A stretch of DNA of 64,000 nt from a virus, in IMG/VR virus record IMGVR_UViG_3300025128_006668, positions 1 to 64,000 of that record. One strand, given 5' to 3'. Under the pieces are notes generated by a model. The model made no database searches, had not been told where the DNA came from, and was given only the letters and a program-made list of their open reading frames with translations. Every line of letters begins with the position of its first letter. The first letter of the stretch is position 1. A program made the position numbers and the translations under genes. Of the stretch, positions 1-9,442 are shown piece after piece.

Positions 1-12
1 CACTCTACTTTT

Positions 13-85
13 GCCCCGTTCGTCTAGTGGACTAGGACATCGGCTTTTCACGCCGAAGACAGGAGTTCAATTCTCCTACGGGGTA
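13..85 (+). tRNA. tRNA-Glu(TTC)
   Basis: Cloverleaf: acceptor GCCCCGT/ACGGGGT, anticodon arm TCGGC-TT TTC AC-GCCGA, T arm AGGAG-TTCAATT-CTCCT; CCA not encoded. Confidence 0.95.
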
Positions 86-87
86 CT

Positions 88-161
<74 letters not shown>

Positions 162-165
162 CTAT

Positions 166-239
166 GGACTTGTAGCTCAGTTGGTTAGAGCAGGGGACTC
201 ATAATCCCTTTGTCGTAGGTTCGAGTCCTACCAAGTCTA
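166..239 (+). tRNA. tRNA with CAT anticodon, probably Ile2 (lysidine) rather than Met
   Basis: Acceptor GGACTTG/CAAGTCT, anticodon arm GGGGA-CT CAT AA-TCCCT resembling bacterial Ile2 tRNAs; no initiator features; the isotype is an inference. Confidence 0.85.
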
Positions 240-269
240 CTTACTAAACTTTTTATAAGGAACTAACGA

Positions 270-422
270 ATGGACACGATAGCAATTATTTTATGGACGA
301 TAACAGGGACATCGGCGGCTTGGGCATTGTACTTAGGTTACAATATTAACAAAGCTATGAAATGTCTAAGCAGAAATTTAGATCAGCTAAAAGACGATTA
401 CTATGAGCATAGCCATGACTAG
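270..422 (+). CDS. small membrane protein (50 aa)
   Basis: Read by hand, not in ORF track; AAGGA upstream, hydrophobic N-terminus MDTIAIILWTITGTSAAWALYLGY. Confidence 0.5.
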   Translation: MDTIAIILWTITGTSAAWALYLGYNINKAMKCLSRNLDQLKDDYYEHSHD

Positions 423-543
423 TTCAGAACGAATGGTCTTTCTGTTTGAGCATAAGCATTTGATAGATCAGGTGACAGACTCATATGTTCTTGGGCTTGT
501 GATTAGCTTTCTTATTTACAGCTTTTTTTGTAAGGATCATTAA

Positions 544-735
544 ATGAAATATGTAGTTAATTTAGTTAGCAAGAGAGGGACAAACAAGGTAAAATATGTT
601 GAGGGGACTGACATCAAAGATGCCCAACAAAAAGCGGAAAGTGAGTATCCAGATTGGGAAGTACTTAGGATCACTACTGACCAAAATCAGTTAGATTATT
701 ATTCTCTTGTAAAGGACTTAAGAAAAGATGGCTAA
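544..735 (+). CDS. hypothetical protein
   Basis: ORF track; AAGGA upstream; co-directional packing. Confidence 0.65.
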   Translation: MKYVVNLVSKRGTNKVKYVEGTDIKDAQQKAESEYPDWEVLRITTDQNQLDYYSLVKDLRKDG

Positions 736-901
736 CTTTTGTTATCAATGTACAGCAGAAATGTTTGGCGAAGAAAATGCAATCAAAAATGATTTTGCTG
801 GATCAGTTCGTAAGAAAGAAAGATACTTCTGTCTGTGTGAAGGTTGTGGCTGGATTACTGTCGATGGAGATGGCATAAGGGTTGAAGAAGATGAAGAGTG
901 A
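728..901 (+). CDS. small Zn-binding phage protein (57 aa)
   Basis: Read by hand: MANFCYQC...LCEGCGWITVDGDG, two CxxC motifs. Confidence 0.65.
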   Translation: MANFCYQCTAEMFGEENAIKNDFAGSVRKKERYFCLCEGCGWITVDGDGIRVEEDEE

Positions 902-1052
902 TGTTCATATACAATGGCTAGTCGGTAAGGAGTGCTATGTCGTCTGGGATGAAGTAGCAATGCCTTTGGGCTATTACGATACAAAAGAGGAAGCAGAGAT
1001 AGCATTTGAAGAGTATTGTCATGAGCTATTCTCTGAAGAGGAAGAAGGTTAA
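891..1052 (+). CDS. small acidic hypothetical protein (53 aa)
   Basis: Read by hand: MKSDVHIQW...GYYDTKEEAE; fills the gap between neighbours. Confidence 0.5.
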   Translation: MKSDVHIQWLVGKECYVVWDEVAMPLGYYDTKEEAEIAFEEYCHELFSEEEEG

Positions 1053-1056
1053 GTAG

Positions 1057-1326
1057 TTGAAATATTTAATTGGATGCTGCAACCGAATTGTTAACACAGA
1101 CAATAAGCCTATATGGTGCATTAAGTGTGGCAAGCATGACATAGATGTTGTTGAATTTACAGAGGATACAATGTTACCATGTCCATTCTGCGGGGGTCAT
1201 CCGCAGGCAGAGGCTATGGAGAGCATAGGTCTTTATTGGTATGAGTGCGATGACTGTGGCGGTGCTAGTGGTTCTGCTGATGATTGGGTCAAAGCTAGAG
1301 CCAAATGGAACACTAGATTAAAGTAG
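1057..1326 (+). CDS. Lar-like (restriction alleviation) Zn-finger protein
   Basis: LPCPFCGG...YECDDCGGAS...WNTR motif typical of the Lar family. Confidence 0.65.
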   Translation: MKYLIGCCNRIVNTDNKPIWCIKCGKHDIDVVEFTEDTMLPCPFCGGHPQAEAMESIGLYWYECDDCGGASGSADDWVKARAKWNTRLK

Positions 1327-1337
1327 TATAATATTTT

Positions 1338-1409
1338 GGGGCGTTAGTTCAACGGATAGAACAGTGGCCTTCTAAGCCTCTAATGTGGGTTCGATTCCTG
1401 CACGCCCTA
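1338..1409 (+). tRNA. tRNA-Arg(TCT)
   Basis: Acceptor GGGGCGT/ACGCCCT, anticodon loop CT TCT AA, T loop TTCGATT; one T-T mismatch in the anticodon stem; TATAAT just upstream. Confidence 0.9.
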
Positions 1410-1448
1410 CTTTTGTCTTACCGTAAGTAAGTCGATACATTTTTAGAG

Positions 1449-1820
1449 ATGAGGATAGTTATGAAAGCAATTATAGCAAGAGTTGAACTCGATGTAAATT
1501 ATAAATGCCCTAACTGCTTTTTACATTTTAGACTTAGCAACAAGAAGGTTCCGCAAAATAAACCTATGAACCTTGATTGCCCTGAGTGTATGCAGAGACT
1601 AACTATCCCTCCTCTTTTTAAATTTAATAAAAAACAAAAAACAGCTAAGAAGAATGATCCCGTAATTAAGTCAGCTAAGATGGCTTTAACCGCTATGGGT
1701 TTCAAGAATAACGAAGCCACTACTCTTGTAGTTAATAACTATAATGAAGGTATATCGGTGGCGGATCTAATAAAAGGAGCATTAAAAGATGTCGAATCCC
1801 CTGCGACCGGACAGACTTGA
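1449..1820 (+). CDS. Zn-ribbon protein fused to a RuvA C-terminal (RuvB-binding) domain
   Basis: CPNC...CPEC followed by SAKMALTAMGFKNNEA...VADLIKGALK, resembling RuvA domain III; overlaps ruvB. Confidence 0.65.
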   Translation: MRIVMKAIIARVELDVNYKCPNCFLHFRLSNKKVPQNKPMNLDCPECMQRLTIPPLFKFNKKQKTAKKNDPVIKSAKMALTAMGFKNNEATTLVVNNYNEGISVADLIKGALKDVESPATGQT

Positions 1821-2712
1821 TAGCCTGATTGGGCAAGAGTCGATAATAACTAACCTTAAAGTTTCGATAGCTTCAACAAGGTCAAGAAGCGCAGTCCTTC
1901 AGCACTGTCTCTTCTACGGAGGTGCTGGACTAGGGAAGACAACCCTCGCAAGAGCATTGGCTAATGAGCTTGGAGTCAAGATAGAGATTGCTAACGGGTC
2001 TGCTATATCTAACAACAAAGATATTCTTCCTTATCTAATGAAAATGGAGAGAGGCTCTATCCTCTTTATTGATGAGATTCATCGAATGAACCGCAAGGTA
2101 CAGGAGTATATGCTTACGGTTATCGAGGACTTTAGATTGGACATTGTTGTTCCAGCTACAAAGAATAGTCAAGGTGAGACCGTGAGCATTGATCTCCCTA
2201 AGTTTACCCTTGTTGGAGCTACAACTGAAATGGGGGACTTAGTACAGCCATTCTTAGATAGGTTTAAGCTCAAGCATTTTATGCGGCCATACAGTGTAGA
2301 CGATCTGTCAGAGCTTCTCTCTCTAAACTGCAAGAAACTTGATGTTAATATGTCAGAAGAAGCAATAAGAATAATAGCTAAAGCTAGTAGAGGAACCCCC
2401 AGAATAGCTAATAATTTTCTTGAGTGGGTAAGAGACTATAAAATAGCTTACAATATAAATGGTTTACAAAAGCAAGAGGTCACGCAAGCACTAGAAATGC
2501 AGGGGATTGACGAGAATGGGCTAAATCCCGTAGACAGAGACTACCTAGCCGTACTCGAAAAGCTACCGAAAGGGTCGGCGGTCGGTGTAAATACATTGTG
2601 TAGCGCATTAAATATTGATAGGCAAACAATAGAGCAAAAGATAGAACCGTTCCTTATTAGGCAGGGATATGTAGCTAAAACCTCAAAAGGTAGAATACTA
2701 ACAAGGCAGTAA
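1789..2712 (+). CDS. ruvB: Holliday junction branch migration ATPase RuvB
   Basis: LRP..L...IGQ, Walker A GGAGLGKTT, FIDEIHR, FTLVGATT, SRGTPRIAN, IEPFL, T.KGR. Confidence 0.95.
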   Translation: MSNPLRPDRLDSLIGQESIITNLKVSIASTRSRSAVLQHCLFYGGAGLGKTTLARALANELGVKIEIANGSAISNNKDILPYLMKMERGSILFIDEIHRMNRKVQEYMLTVIEDFRLDIVVPATKNSQGETVSIDLPKFTLVGATTEMGDLVQPFLDRFKLKHFMRPYSVDDLSELLSLNCKKLDVNMSEEAIRIIAKASRGTPRIANNFLEWVRDYKIAYNINGLQKQEVTQALEMQGIDENGLNPVDRDYLAVLEKLPKGSAVGVNTLCSALNIDRQTIEQKIEPFLIRQGYVAKTSKGRILTRQ

Positions 2713-2717
2713 CAATC

Positions 2718-3980
2718 ATGACCCCACAAGAACTCCATTCAAACTCAACTGTAGTAGACTTACATTGCCACTCCGCTATCAAGGCATCAATCTTCCACCG
2801 TAACATGGGTTCAGCTAAAGAGAAGTTTCTTATGGGACTTTTCAAAAGGAAGTTTTGGCCTTTGTCAAACAGAACAACGTTTCCAAGACTTATTGAGGGC
2901 GGTCTTGATGTTATGCTATCAACAGCCTTCATTCCTGAAGGTGGATGGTATGAAGACATGTCTCTTGCGAAGTGGCTAATTAAGTTAGCTCCTAATGTCC
3001 GAAAAGAGATTTATGAAGCATCCTATTTTGACGCAACGATGAATGTACTAGATGAGATGGAAGACCAAGCGTCTGAGTGGAATAAAGCACCAAAGGTGGG
3101 TGTAAATATATTTGGAGAGCCACTGGCAAATAGAAAAAAAATTGCTGTCTGCAAGTCTGTTTCCGATTTAGACAAGGCGCTTGAGGATGGTAGCTTGGCA
3201 TTGATTCACTCAGTTGAAGGCGCACACTCGTTGCAAGCCAACTCAGCACAACCAAAACCACACGATGTTGACATTAGTCATGAAGAAAAATTAAATACAG
3301 CACTAACTAACCTAGAGCATTTTTATAATAAGGGCGTTGCATATCTAACCCTAGCTCACTTCTATGAGAACGACTGCGCACCTCCAGTATTTCCGTGGCC
3401 TGAATACGCCCTAAGTCATGGAAACTGGGAAAGCCTTCTCTCGAAATGGGATGAAGACAAAGGCTTGACAGATATTGGAGAAGCCGTTGTTGAAAAGATG
3501 TTTGAGCTAGGGATGCTATTAGATATATCACACTGTACACTCAAAGCTAGGCGAAGAATCTATGACATAGCAGATCATCACCATGCTGAAGAGTGTATTT
3601 TTGCCAGTCATGTTGGAGCCTTTGAGGTAAATAGATTAAGCTATAACTTACAAGACTGGGAACTTAAGTGGCTTGCTGATCATGGAGGAGTTGCTGGTAT
3701 AATCTTTATGAACTATTGGATTTCTCCTGTAGACAGTCAGCTTGGATTAAAATATATAGAACAGACAATAGACCATATTATAAATGTAGCGGGATCAGAT
3801 GTGCCAGCTATAGGGACAGACTTTGATGGCTTCACTGATCCTCCAGATGAGATCATACACATGGGTCAGTTACCCAGAATCACATCTCACCTTAAAGCGG
3901 TTGGATGGGATGATCATACTATACGAAAATTTCTTGGAGACAATTCTTTAAGACTAATCCGAAATGGTTGGAAAAAATGA
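2718..3980 (+). CDS. membrane dipeptidase (peptidase M19, amidohydrolase fold)
   Basis: DLHCH, SVEGAH, YLTLAH, GLT..G, LDISH, ASH, IGTDFDG motifs. Confidence 0.85.
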   Translation: MTPQELHSNSTVVDLHCHSAIKASIFHRNMGSAKEKFLMGLFKRKFWPLSNRTTFPRLIEGGLDVMLSTAFIPEGGWYEDMSLAKWLIKLAPNVRKEIYEASYFDATMNVLDEMEDQASEWNKAPKVGVNIFGEPLANRKKIAVCKSVSDLDKALEDGSLALIHSVEGAHSLQANSAQPKPHDVDISHEEKLNTALTNLEHFYNKGVAYLTLAHFYENDCAPPVFPWPEYALSHGNWESLLSKWDEDKGLTDIGEAVVEKMFELGMLLDISHCTLKARRRIYDIADHHHAEECIFASHVGAFEVNRLSYNLQDWELKWLADHGGVAGIIFMNYWISPVDSQLGLKYIEQTIDHIINVAGSDVPAIGTDFDGFTDPPDEIIHMGQLPRITSHLKAVGWDDHTIRKFLGDNSLRLIRNGWKK

Positions 3981-4264
3981 ATAAGCTAAACATACTCTGC
4001 TTGGTTACGCTAGCAGTAGGAATAGGATGCTTAGGATATAGTAATTATAAATTAAATAAAGTAGTTAATTCTTTAAATCAGCATATGCAATATAACGCTA
4101 TGTTAAGTAGTGACAATTCTATGAGGATTGAGATGTTTCTTCAAGCTATGTCTAATGAGTTTGAAGATGAAGTAAAGGCTGTTGTTAGACCAATGCTTAA
4201 AGAACAATTAGAAGATATAAAAGTAGAAATAGAAAAATGGAATACAAGTATAGAGCAAGATTAG
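3968..4264 (+). CDS. membrane-anchored coiled-coil protein
   Basis: N-terminal hydrophobic helix then helical heptads; start probably 3977. Confidence 0.6.
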   Translation: MEKMNKLNILCLVTLAVGIGCLGYSNYKLNKVVNSLNQHMQYNAMLSSDNSMRIEMFLQAMSNEFEDEVKAVVRPMLKEQLEDIKVEIEKWNTSIEQD

Positions 4265-4545
4265 TCAGATGTGTTGATGGAGATACTGCCGATCTTGATG
4301 TCGATTTAGGTTTTTATTTAACTGCTAGAATAAGATGTAGGCTGACAGGTGTTAATACTCCCGAAAGAGGCCAAGCTAATTTCAAAGAAGCAACTAATAT
4401 ACTTGAGGACTTAATAAAACAACAATCAGATGCAAGCGGATATTTTAATATAATAACAGGAAAGACAGGTAAATATGGTAGATGGCTTGTTGTAATAGAT
4501 GGGGTTAACACTGTCTTAGCTAAGAGATGGCCTTATGAAAGATAA
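4237..4545 (+). CDS. thermonuclease (SNase-like) family protein
   Basis: VDGDT, RL.GVNTPE, GKYGRWL motifs. Confidence 0.85.
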   Translation: MEYKYRARLVRCVDGDTADLDVDLGFYLTARIRCRLTGVNTPERGQANFKEATNILEDLIKQQSDASGYFNIITGKTGKYGRWLVVIDGVNTVLAKRWPYER

Positions 4546-4696
4546 GTATGATGGAGAGCTATTTTTAAATCTTCAGAGGTTGTCCATAGAGAAGCCTGAT
4601 CTGGTTGAAGTATTTGTAGATGTCAATGGTGAAATAGAATTTGAAGTAGAACTTAACTTCTTTTTTGATAATTTAGAAAAAATTTTTGGATTTTAG
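4535..4696 (+). CDS. small acidic hypothetical protein (53 aa)
   Basis: Read by hand: MKDKYDGELF...KIFGF; overlaps the previous gene end. Confidence 0.45.
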   Translation: MKDKYDGELFLNLQRLSIEKPDLVEVFVDVNGEIEFEVELNFFFDNLEKIFGF

Positions 4697-4698
4697 AC

Positions 4699-4727
4699 TT
4701 GCAACTAACGAATTGATATGGTATAAT
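4699..4727 (+). promoter_or_regulatory. sigma70-type promoter
   Basis: TTGCAA-17 nt-TATAAT with TG extended -10, intergenic. Confidence 0.75.
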
Positions 4728-4767
4728 CTTTTGTATGGGTTTGCTTTTTTATTAGGACACAGGAGAT

Positions 4768-5202
4768 TTGGGATATATGAAATTAAAAAGAGGACAAAAG
4801 CTTTGTAAGCACTGTGGTGCTGTCAATGCCGCCAGAAGCAGCAGATGTAATACTTGTGAAAAACCATTTATTTCTAAAAATACTCCCATAAAAAATGAGG
4901 TTAAGGACTGGGAAGGTCTTAAAAAAGGAGATTGGTTAAGGGTAATTCAGGGAACCGGCCCATATTTTACATGCAAAAGACAGACAGATGAGGCCAGCGT
5001 TGGTGATAAGATATATATGGGATGCAAGGGCAAGTATGAAGTTATCAGTATTGATCGTAAGGGACTTCTATGTAAGGCCCTAGGCAGGAAAAACTGCGGT
5101 GTGGAATTTGTGTACATGGGAGAGAGAAACTTCTGCGAGTATACTGGTATTACAAAAGAGCCGCACAGGATTGTAAAGTTAAGGACGAGAAAGAGACTTT
5201 AG
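4768..5202 (+). CDS. hypothetical protein with N-terminal Zn ribbon
   Basis: CKHCG.VN..R...CNTC; AGGAG upstream. Confidence 0.7.
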   Translation: MGYMKLKRGQKLCKHCGAVNAARSSRCNTCEKPFISKNTPIKNEVKDWEGLKKGDWLRVIQGTGPYFTCKRQTDEASVGDKIYMGCKGKYEVISIDRKGLLCKALGRKNCGVEFVYMGERNFCEYTGITKEPHRIVKLRTRKRL

Positions 5203-5217
5203 GGGTATAATATAGTA
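5202..5217 (+). promoter_or_regulatory. putative phage promoter motif GGGGTATAATATAGTA
   Basis: Exact 16-mer recurs at 31343-31358; both copies sit at gene boundaries upstream of genes. Confidence 0.55.
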
Positions 5218-5247
5218 AGAAAACCGCACAAATGGAGATAATAATAA

Positions 5248-5883
5248 ATGTCTAGTTTAAATACAACTGCAACAACGAAACATGACTTTTCGTTTCAGCA
5301 GCTAGGAACCGATGCAAATGCTGTTGTCAATAGGCAGGGCACTTTAGGCCAATCGGTAAGCTTCACATCTGGCACCGGATTTCAGCAAATAAATGCAGTG
5401 CTAGACCTTCAGAACATCCCTTTAGTAACAGGGAGTACATACACAATAAACTTTAGTAGATCAGAACAGCCCGCTGTCGATGGTAAGTATATTATACCCT
5501 TCAGTAATATAAAAAGCTTGGCTATATCTAACAATACCACAGGAACAGCATCTGAAATGCAACTGTCCGCTGGTACATCAAACGGTCAAAGCTCTGCGTT
5601 TCAAGAACCGTTTGCATACAAAACAGGCGGCGTAACATTAAAGGGAGAATCTTCTTGGTCTTACACAAGTCCTTATCTAGGAACTACTGTGCCGACAGGC
5701 GGGTTCACATTTACAATAAGAAATACAAGTGTAGAGCATGTGACGGGCGCTGGTGCAACTACAGGATTAGCTCCCACTCCTGTAACTTTCAATCTCATGG
5801 CTGCGGGGGTTAGCGGTTCTCAAGAGCCGGGCGGTACGTTAACAACATTCACTTATGATTATGAGCTAACTTATAGGGTATAG
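5248..5883 (+). CDS. Thr/Ser/Gly-rich protein, probably virion structural
   Basis: Beta-rich, low-charge composition; GGAG RBS; downstream of the repeated promoter motif. Confidence 0.6.
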   Translation: MSSLNTTATTKHDFSFQQLGTDANAVVNRQGTLGQSVSFTSGTGFQQINAVLDLQNIPLVTGSTYTINFSRSEQPAVDGKYIIPFSNIKSLAISNNTTGTASEMQLSAGTSNGQSSAFQEPFAYKTGGVTLKGESSWSYTSPYLGTTVPTGGFTFTIRNTSVEHVTGAGATTGLAPTPVTFNLMAAGVSGSQEPGGTLTTFTYDYELTYRV

Positions 5884-5891
5884 GATATTAA

Positions 5892-6251
5892 ATGACAGAG
5901 GAAAGAGTATATGTCCCTAAAGGATGGGGATATGAGGATTGGATTGTAAACAAAAAAGAATACTGCGGTAAACTACTCTTCTTTAAAAAAGGTAAGAGGT
6001 GCAGTTGGCATTATCATAAGCTAAAAGACGAAACCTTCTATGTTCACAAAGGAGAGCTAGAGGTTAGATTCGGATGGGGTGACGAAAAGTCAAGCCTAAA
6101 CACTACTGTCAAAGTTCTTAAAGCCGGAGACACCTTTCATGTACCGGTAGGCATGAGACATCAAATGACGGGATTGACGGATGTTGAGATGTTTGAGTTT
6201 TCTACCCAACACTTTGATGAGGATTCGATAAGGATTGAGAAAGGAAACTGA
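5892..6251 (+). CDS. cupin domain protein (sugar isomerase-like)
   Basis: KGWGYE, SWHYH..KDETFYV, G...HVPVGMRH. Confidence 0.85.
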   Translation: MTEERVYVPKGWGYEDWIVNKKEYCGKLLFFKKGKRCSWHYHKLKDETFYVHKGELEVRFGWGDEKSSLNTTVKVLKAGDTFHVPVGMRHQMTGLTDVEMFEFSTQHFDEDSIRIEKGN

Positions 6252-6435
6252 CTTGAATAAAAGGCAACCTATAAAGGGTACTAAACAAATATATCAGGAC
6301 GTGGCTGATCTGTATGCTAACAAGAAGTGTAAGATATGCTATGGAAGAGGGCTAATAACAATAACCCCTCCTAAACAACAGAAACAGGTAACATACTGTC
6401 AATGTGTTGAGAGGAATTTGAATAAGTATGGGTAA
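6235..6435 (+). CDS. small Zn-finger protein
   Basis: CKICYGRG...YCQCV. Confidence 0.55.
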   Translation: MRKETDLNKRQPIKGTKQIYQDVADLYANKKCKICYGRGLITITPPKQQKQVTYCQCVERNLNKYG

Positions 6436-7165
6436 CGTAGATCACGCACAGATAATATCAAACATTTTTATTAGTAAGTTCTACAAAGACTTTGGAAAAG
6501 GCAGATACTTTCACCCGTGGATGTACTACCCAGAGTTTTCCGAGTTGACTGCCCTTACAAGATGGGCTACGGAAAATGATAAAGGAACCGGCTCTACTCT
6601 GCTGACCCATTCTAAGCTATACAATCTTATTAAATGTGCAAAGACATGCCTTAGAATTGAAGGCTCTTTCTGGGAGTGTGGAGTTTATGAAGGAGGAAGC
6701 GCCTCGGTTCTGGCTGGAGTATTATCAGATACTAATAAGACTCTTAATTTGTTTGATACTTTTCAAGGTATGCCAGTTTCAGAGCCAGAGAATAACGACT
6801 ATCATCCTTTAGGAAAGTATGCAACTTCTTCTGTTTCAAAATTGAAGTCAATGTTTAAGTATAATTACCCAGATGTTTATGAAAGAATCAATTTAGTAGA
6901 AGGGACTATTCCAGAGACATTTGAATCGTTTGACAGTGAAGAAATAGCGTTCGCACATTTAGATGTAGATCAATATGCCTCAATAAAGAGTTGTTTAGAG
7001 TTCATTTGGCCTCGCATGTCTGTAGGCGGAATAATAGTCTTAGATGACTATGGGGATAAGGATTGTAGAGGAGCATTATCTGCGACAGAGGAATTCTGTA
7101 ACGCTAACGATACACATGTTGTCTATTGCCTAGAAGGTCAGGGTCTCCTAATAAAAAATAGTTGA
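6428..7165 (+). CDS. TylF/MycF-family O-methyltransferase
   Basis: ECGVYEGGS, FDTFQGMP, AHLDVDQY, GGIIVLDDYG. Confidence 0.9.
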   Translation: MGNVDHAQIISNIFISKFYKDFGKGRYFHPWMYYPEFSELTALTRWATENDKGTGSTLLTHSKLYNLIKCAKTCLRIEGSFWECGVYEGGSASVLAGVLSDTNKTLNLFDTFQGMPVSEPENNDYHPLGKYATSSVSKLKSMFKYNYPDVYERINLVEGTIPETFESFDSEEIAFAHLDVDQYASIKSCLEFIWPRMSVGGIIVLDDYGDKDCRGALSATEEFCNANDTHVVYCLEGQGLLIKNS

Positions 7166-8037
7166 TGAAATTCTTAGACCCAAACACAGAAAACGCAGTA
7201 AAGGATAGGCGTAGGATTATGAAAGACATACTTGTTATAGGAGAGACATGCACCGATGAATTCGTCTATGGAATAATAGATAGGATATCTCAAGAGTCCC
7301 CATCTCCTATCTTCTTAAGTAGCGGCAAAAAAATATCGTATCAAGGAATGTGTTCTAATGTTGCTGCAAATATAAGGTCTATCTCTACAAGCTCTAATGT
7401 TTCTGTTGTCACCAACAAAGAGCCTATTATAAAGAGAAGATTCATAGACTCAAGGCATAATGTCATGACTTATAGAGTTGATGAAAACGACTCTACTCCT
7501 AGAATAGATATGAGCAGTCTAATTCCTCACTTGAAGGCAGATGCTGTTATTGTCTCAGACTACGACAAAGGATTCATGAACCATGAGGATCTAGAATATT
7601 TAGTTAAACTTTTTGATTGCCCTAAGTTTATTGATACAAAGAAGATAATATCCAGTAGATGGGCTAACGGGTTTGATTTTATAAAGATAAACTCAGAAGA
7701 GCTGTTTGCAAATTTGGCAAGCCACGGGACAATCGAAAGACTCTTAGATGCTTGTAATGACCTAATAGTCACATCTGGAGCAGAGGGAGCGACTCTATAC
7801 TCTGGAAGCAACAAAAAGACATTCAACGGACACAAGGTAAAAGTTTCTCAAGTCAGCGGTGCTGGCGATACATTTCTATCAGGACTTGCAACGAGATTCA
7901 TGGAAACTAAAGATATAGAAGATGCTATAAGCTTTGCAAACACTTGCTCAGCAATAGCAGTTTCAAAGGAGAACATAAGTGTCGTCAATAGAAGAGAAGT
8001 TGATAACTTTGGACGAGGCTGTTGCTCTATCGGCTAG
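7162..8037 (+). CDS. PfkB-family sugar kinase, HldE/RfaE kinase-like
   Basis: ILVIGE..DEFVYG..RIS.E.P.P, SDYDKG, VSGAGDTF; start may be 7219. Confidence 0.85.
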   Translation: MMKFLDPNTENAVKDRRRIMKDILVIGETCTDEFVYGIIDRISQESPSPIFLSSGKKISYQGMCSNVAANIRSISTSSNVSVVTNKEPIIKRRFIDSRHNVMTYRVDENDSTPRIDMSSLIPHLKADAVIVSDYDKGFMNHEDLEYLVKLFDCPKFIDTKKIISSRWANGFDFIKINSEELFANLASHGTIERLLDACNDLIVTSGAEGATLYSGSNKKTFNGHKVKVSQVSGAGDTFLSGLATRFMETKDIEDAISFANTCSAIAVSKENISVVNRREVDNFGRGCCSIG

Positions 8038-8452
8038 TAGCTCTACAAGAGTCGGTCTAACAAACGGTTGCTTCGATATATTTCATGGAGGACACTGTGA
8101 CTTGCTTGAGTTCTCGCGAGAAAATTGTGATATCCTGTTAGTAGGTTTAAATACTGATAGTATAATTAAGAGAAGGAAGGGAAAAGACAGACCTATAAAC
8201 TGCTTATATGAGAGAATGAAAGTAGTTGCTTCCAATAAGGATGTTGACTTTGTCTTTTCTTTTGACTTTGAAAATGCTTTACACATAGTAGAGAAGATAG
8301 TTCCGGACGCATATTTTCAGGGAGACGAATACAGGGGTCTTCTAAGCGCCGAAGAAGAGATTACTAATGTCATGTATATAGAAAAAAATAAGAGTAGTAG
8401 CAGTAATACTATAGACAGGATACTAAGTGGATACGAAAAAGAAAATAAATAA
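7979..8452 (+). CDS. HldE/RfaE-like nucleotidyltransferase (cytidylyltransferase fold)
   Basis: TNGCFDIFHGGH, VGLNTD, KG.DRPIN..ER. Confidence 0.9.
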   Translation: MSSIEEKLITLDEAVALSASSSTRVGLTNGCFDIFHGGHCDLLEFSRENCDILLVGLNTDSIIKRRKGKDRPINCLYERMKVVASNKDVDFVFSFDFENALHIVEKIVPDAYFQGDEYRGLLSAEEEITNVMYIEKNKSSSSNTIDRILSGYEKENK

Positions 8453-8897
8453 TATCCAGTCAGAATGGATTTCCAATAACAAATCATATGACCAAAGAGA
8501 CAGGGCAAGAAAGTTTTTAGCAGGCTGCGTAAGTATCGCTTCTATGCTGTCCGATGATGATGAGGGTAGAAGGTTGCTTTTTGCAATGCCTGAGTCTGCG
8601 GGGGATATACTATTAGCAACTTCATTGCTCCGCAGCATTAAGGAACAGTATCCAGAATATAATATATATTTTTCGTGCAAGCCGAAGTTCTTTGATCTAT
8701 TAGAAGGAAACCCATATATACATAAGTTAGTGCCTTACCATGAGGTGATAGATAACTTTACTTGGATGGAAGGTGCGGCGTATACGGAGAAGATCTTTGA
8801 TATATCTCTAACGCCATACTTTTTTACACAAAGGTCACCCATGTACATCCATAATGGCAATAGTAATATAGCATACAATATAAGGTACGAACAATAA
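8427..8897 (+). CDS. glycosyltransferase family 9-like, N-terminal half
   Basis: SAGDILLATSLLRSIKEQYP...LLEGNPYI motif. Confidence 0.7.
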   Translation: MDTKKKINNIQSEWISNNKSYDQRDRARKFLAGCVSIASMLSDDDEGRRLLFAMPESAGDILLATSLLRSIKEQYPEYNIYFSCKPKFFDLLEGNPYIHKLVPYHEVIDNFTWMEGAAYTEKIFDISLTPYFFTQRSPMYIHNGNSNIAYNIRYEQ

Positions 8898-9442
8898 TGC
8901 ATATCGTCGAGTGCTATGCTCTTAGCTGCGGGCTAAAAATAGATAAGCCATATATCCCTCAGGAAGAGATTGATCTTCCTTCAGGTAAATACATAACCTT
9001 TCATCCCGATTGCGCAAAAGGAAATACAAGGTCATATATCTATTGGGAAAAAGTATTAGAAAAAATTTCGGATCTAGGATACGAGATAGTAAGAGTAGGT
9101 ACCGATGAACCTCAGCAAGATTTTGAGGGTATAAATATTGAGTATTTTCACTCCCTAAACACAAGGCAATTAACATATCTTATTGATAATGCTTCGTTGC
9201 ACTTAGGCTACGACAGTTTGCCGGTGCACATTGCTTCGGCCTTGGGTAAAAAGATAGTATGTGTATACTCAGTTTACTCTTCTCATAGTTACCCTTTTTG
9301 GTCTAAAAAGGAAGACATTAGACTTCACGAGCCTGACTGGAGTGAACACAGACCTTCCTTTAACTACTTTGAACAAAATCCAATCATAAATACAATAGAC
9401 CATAATGAAATATCGTCTTCAGTAATAGAGCTTTTAACATAG
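8897..9442 (+). CDS. glycosyltransferase family 9-like, C-terminal half
   Basis: LI.NASLHLGYDSLPVHIASALGK motif. Confidence 0.75.
   Translation: MHIVECYALSCGLKIDKPYIPQEEIDLPSGKYITFHPDCAKGNTRSYIYWEKVLEKISDLGYEIVRVGTDEPQQDFEGINIEYFHSLNTRQLTYLIDNASLHLGYDSLPVHIASALGKKIVCVYSVYSSHSYPFWSKKEDIRLHEPDWSEHRPSFNYFEQNPIINTIDHNEISSSVIELLT

Noticed and set aside
8427-9442. Frameshifted single GT9 pseudogene
   Set aside because: The halves are joined by clean TAATG coupling, each with its own start, so two genes is the simpler reading
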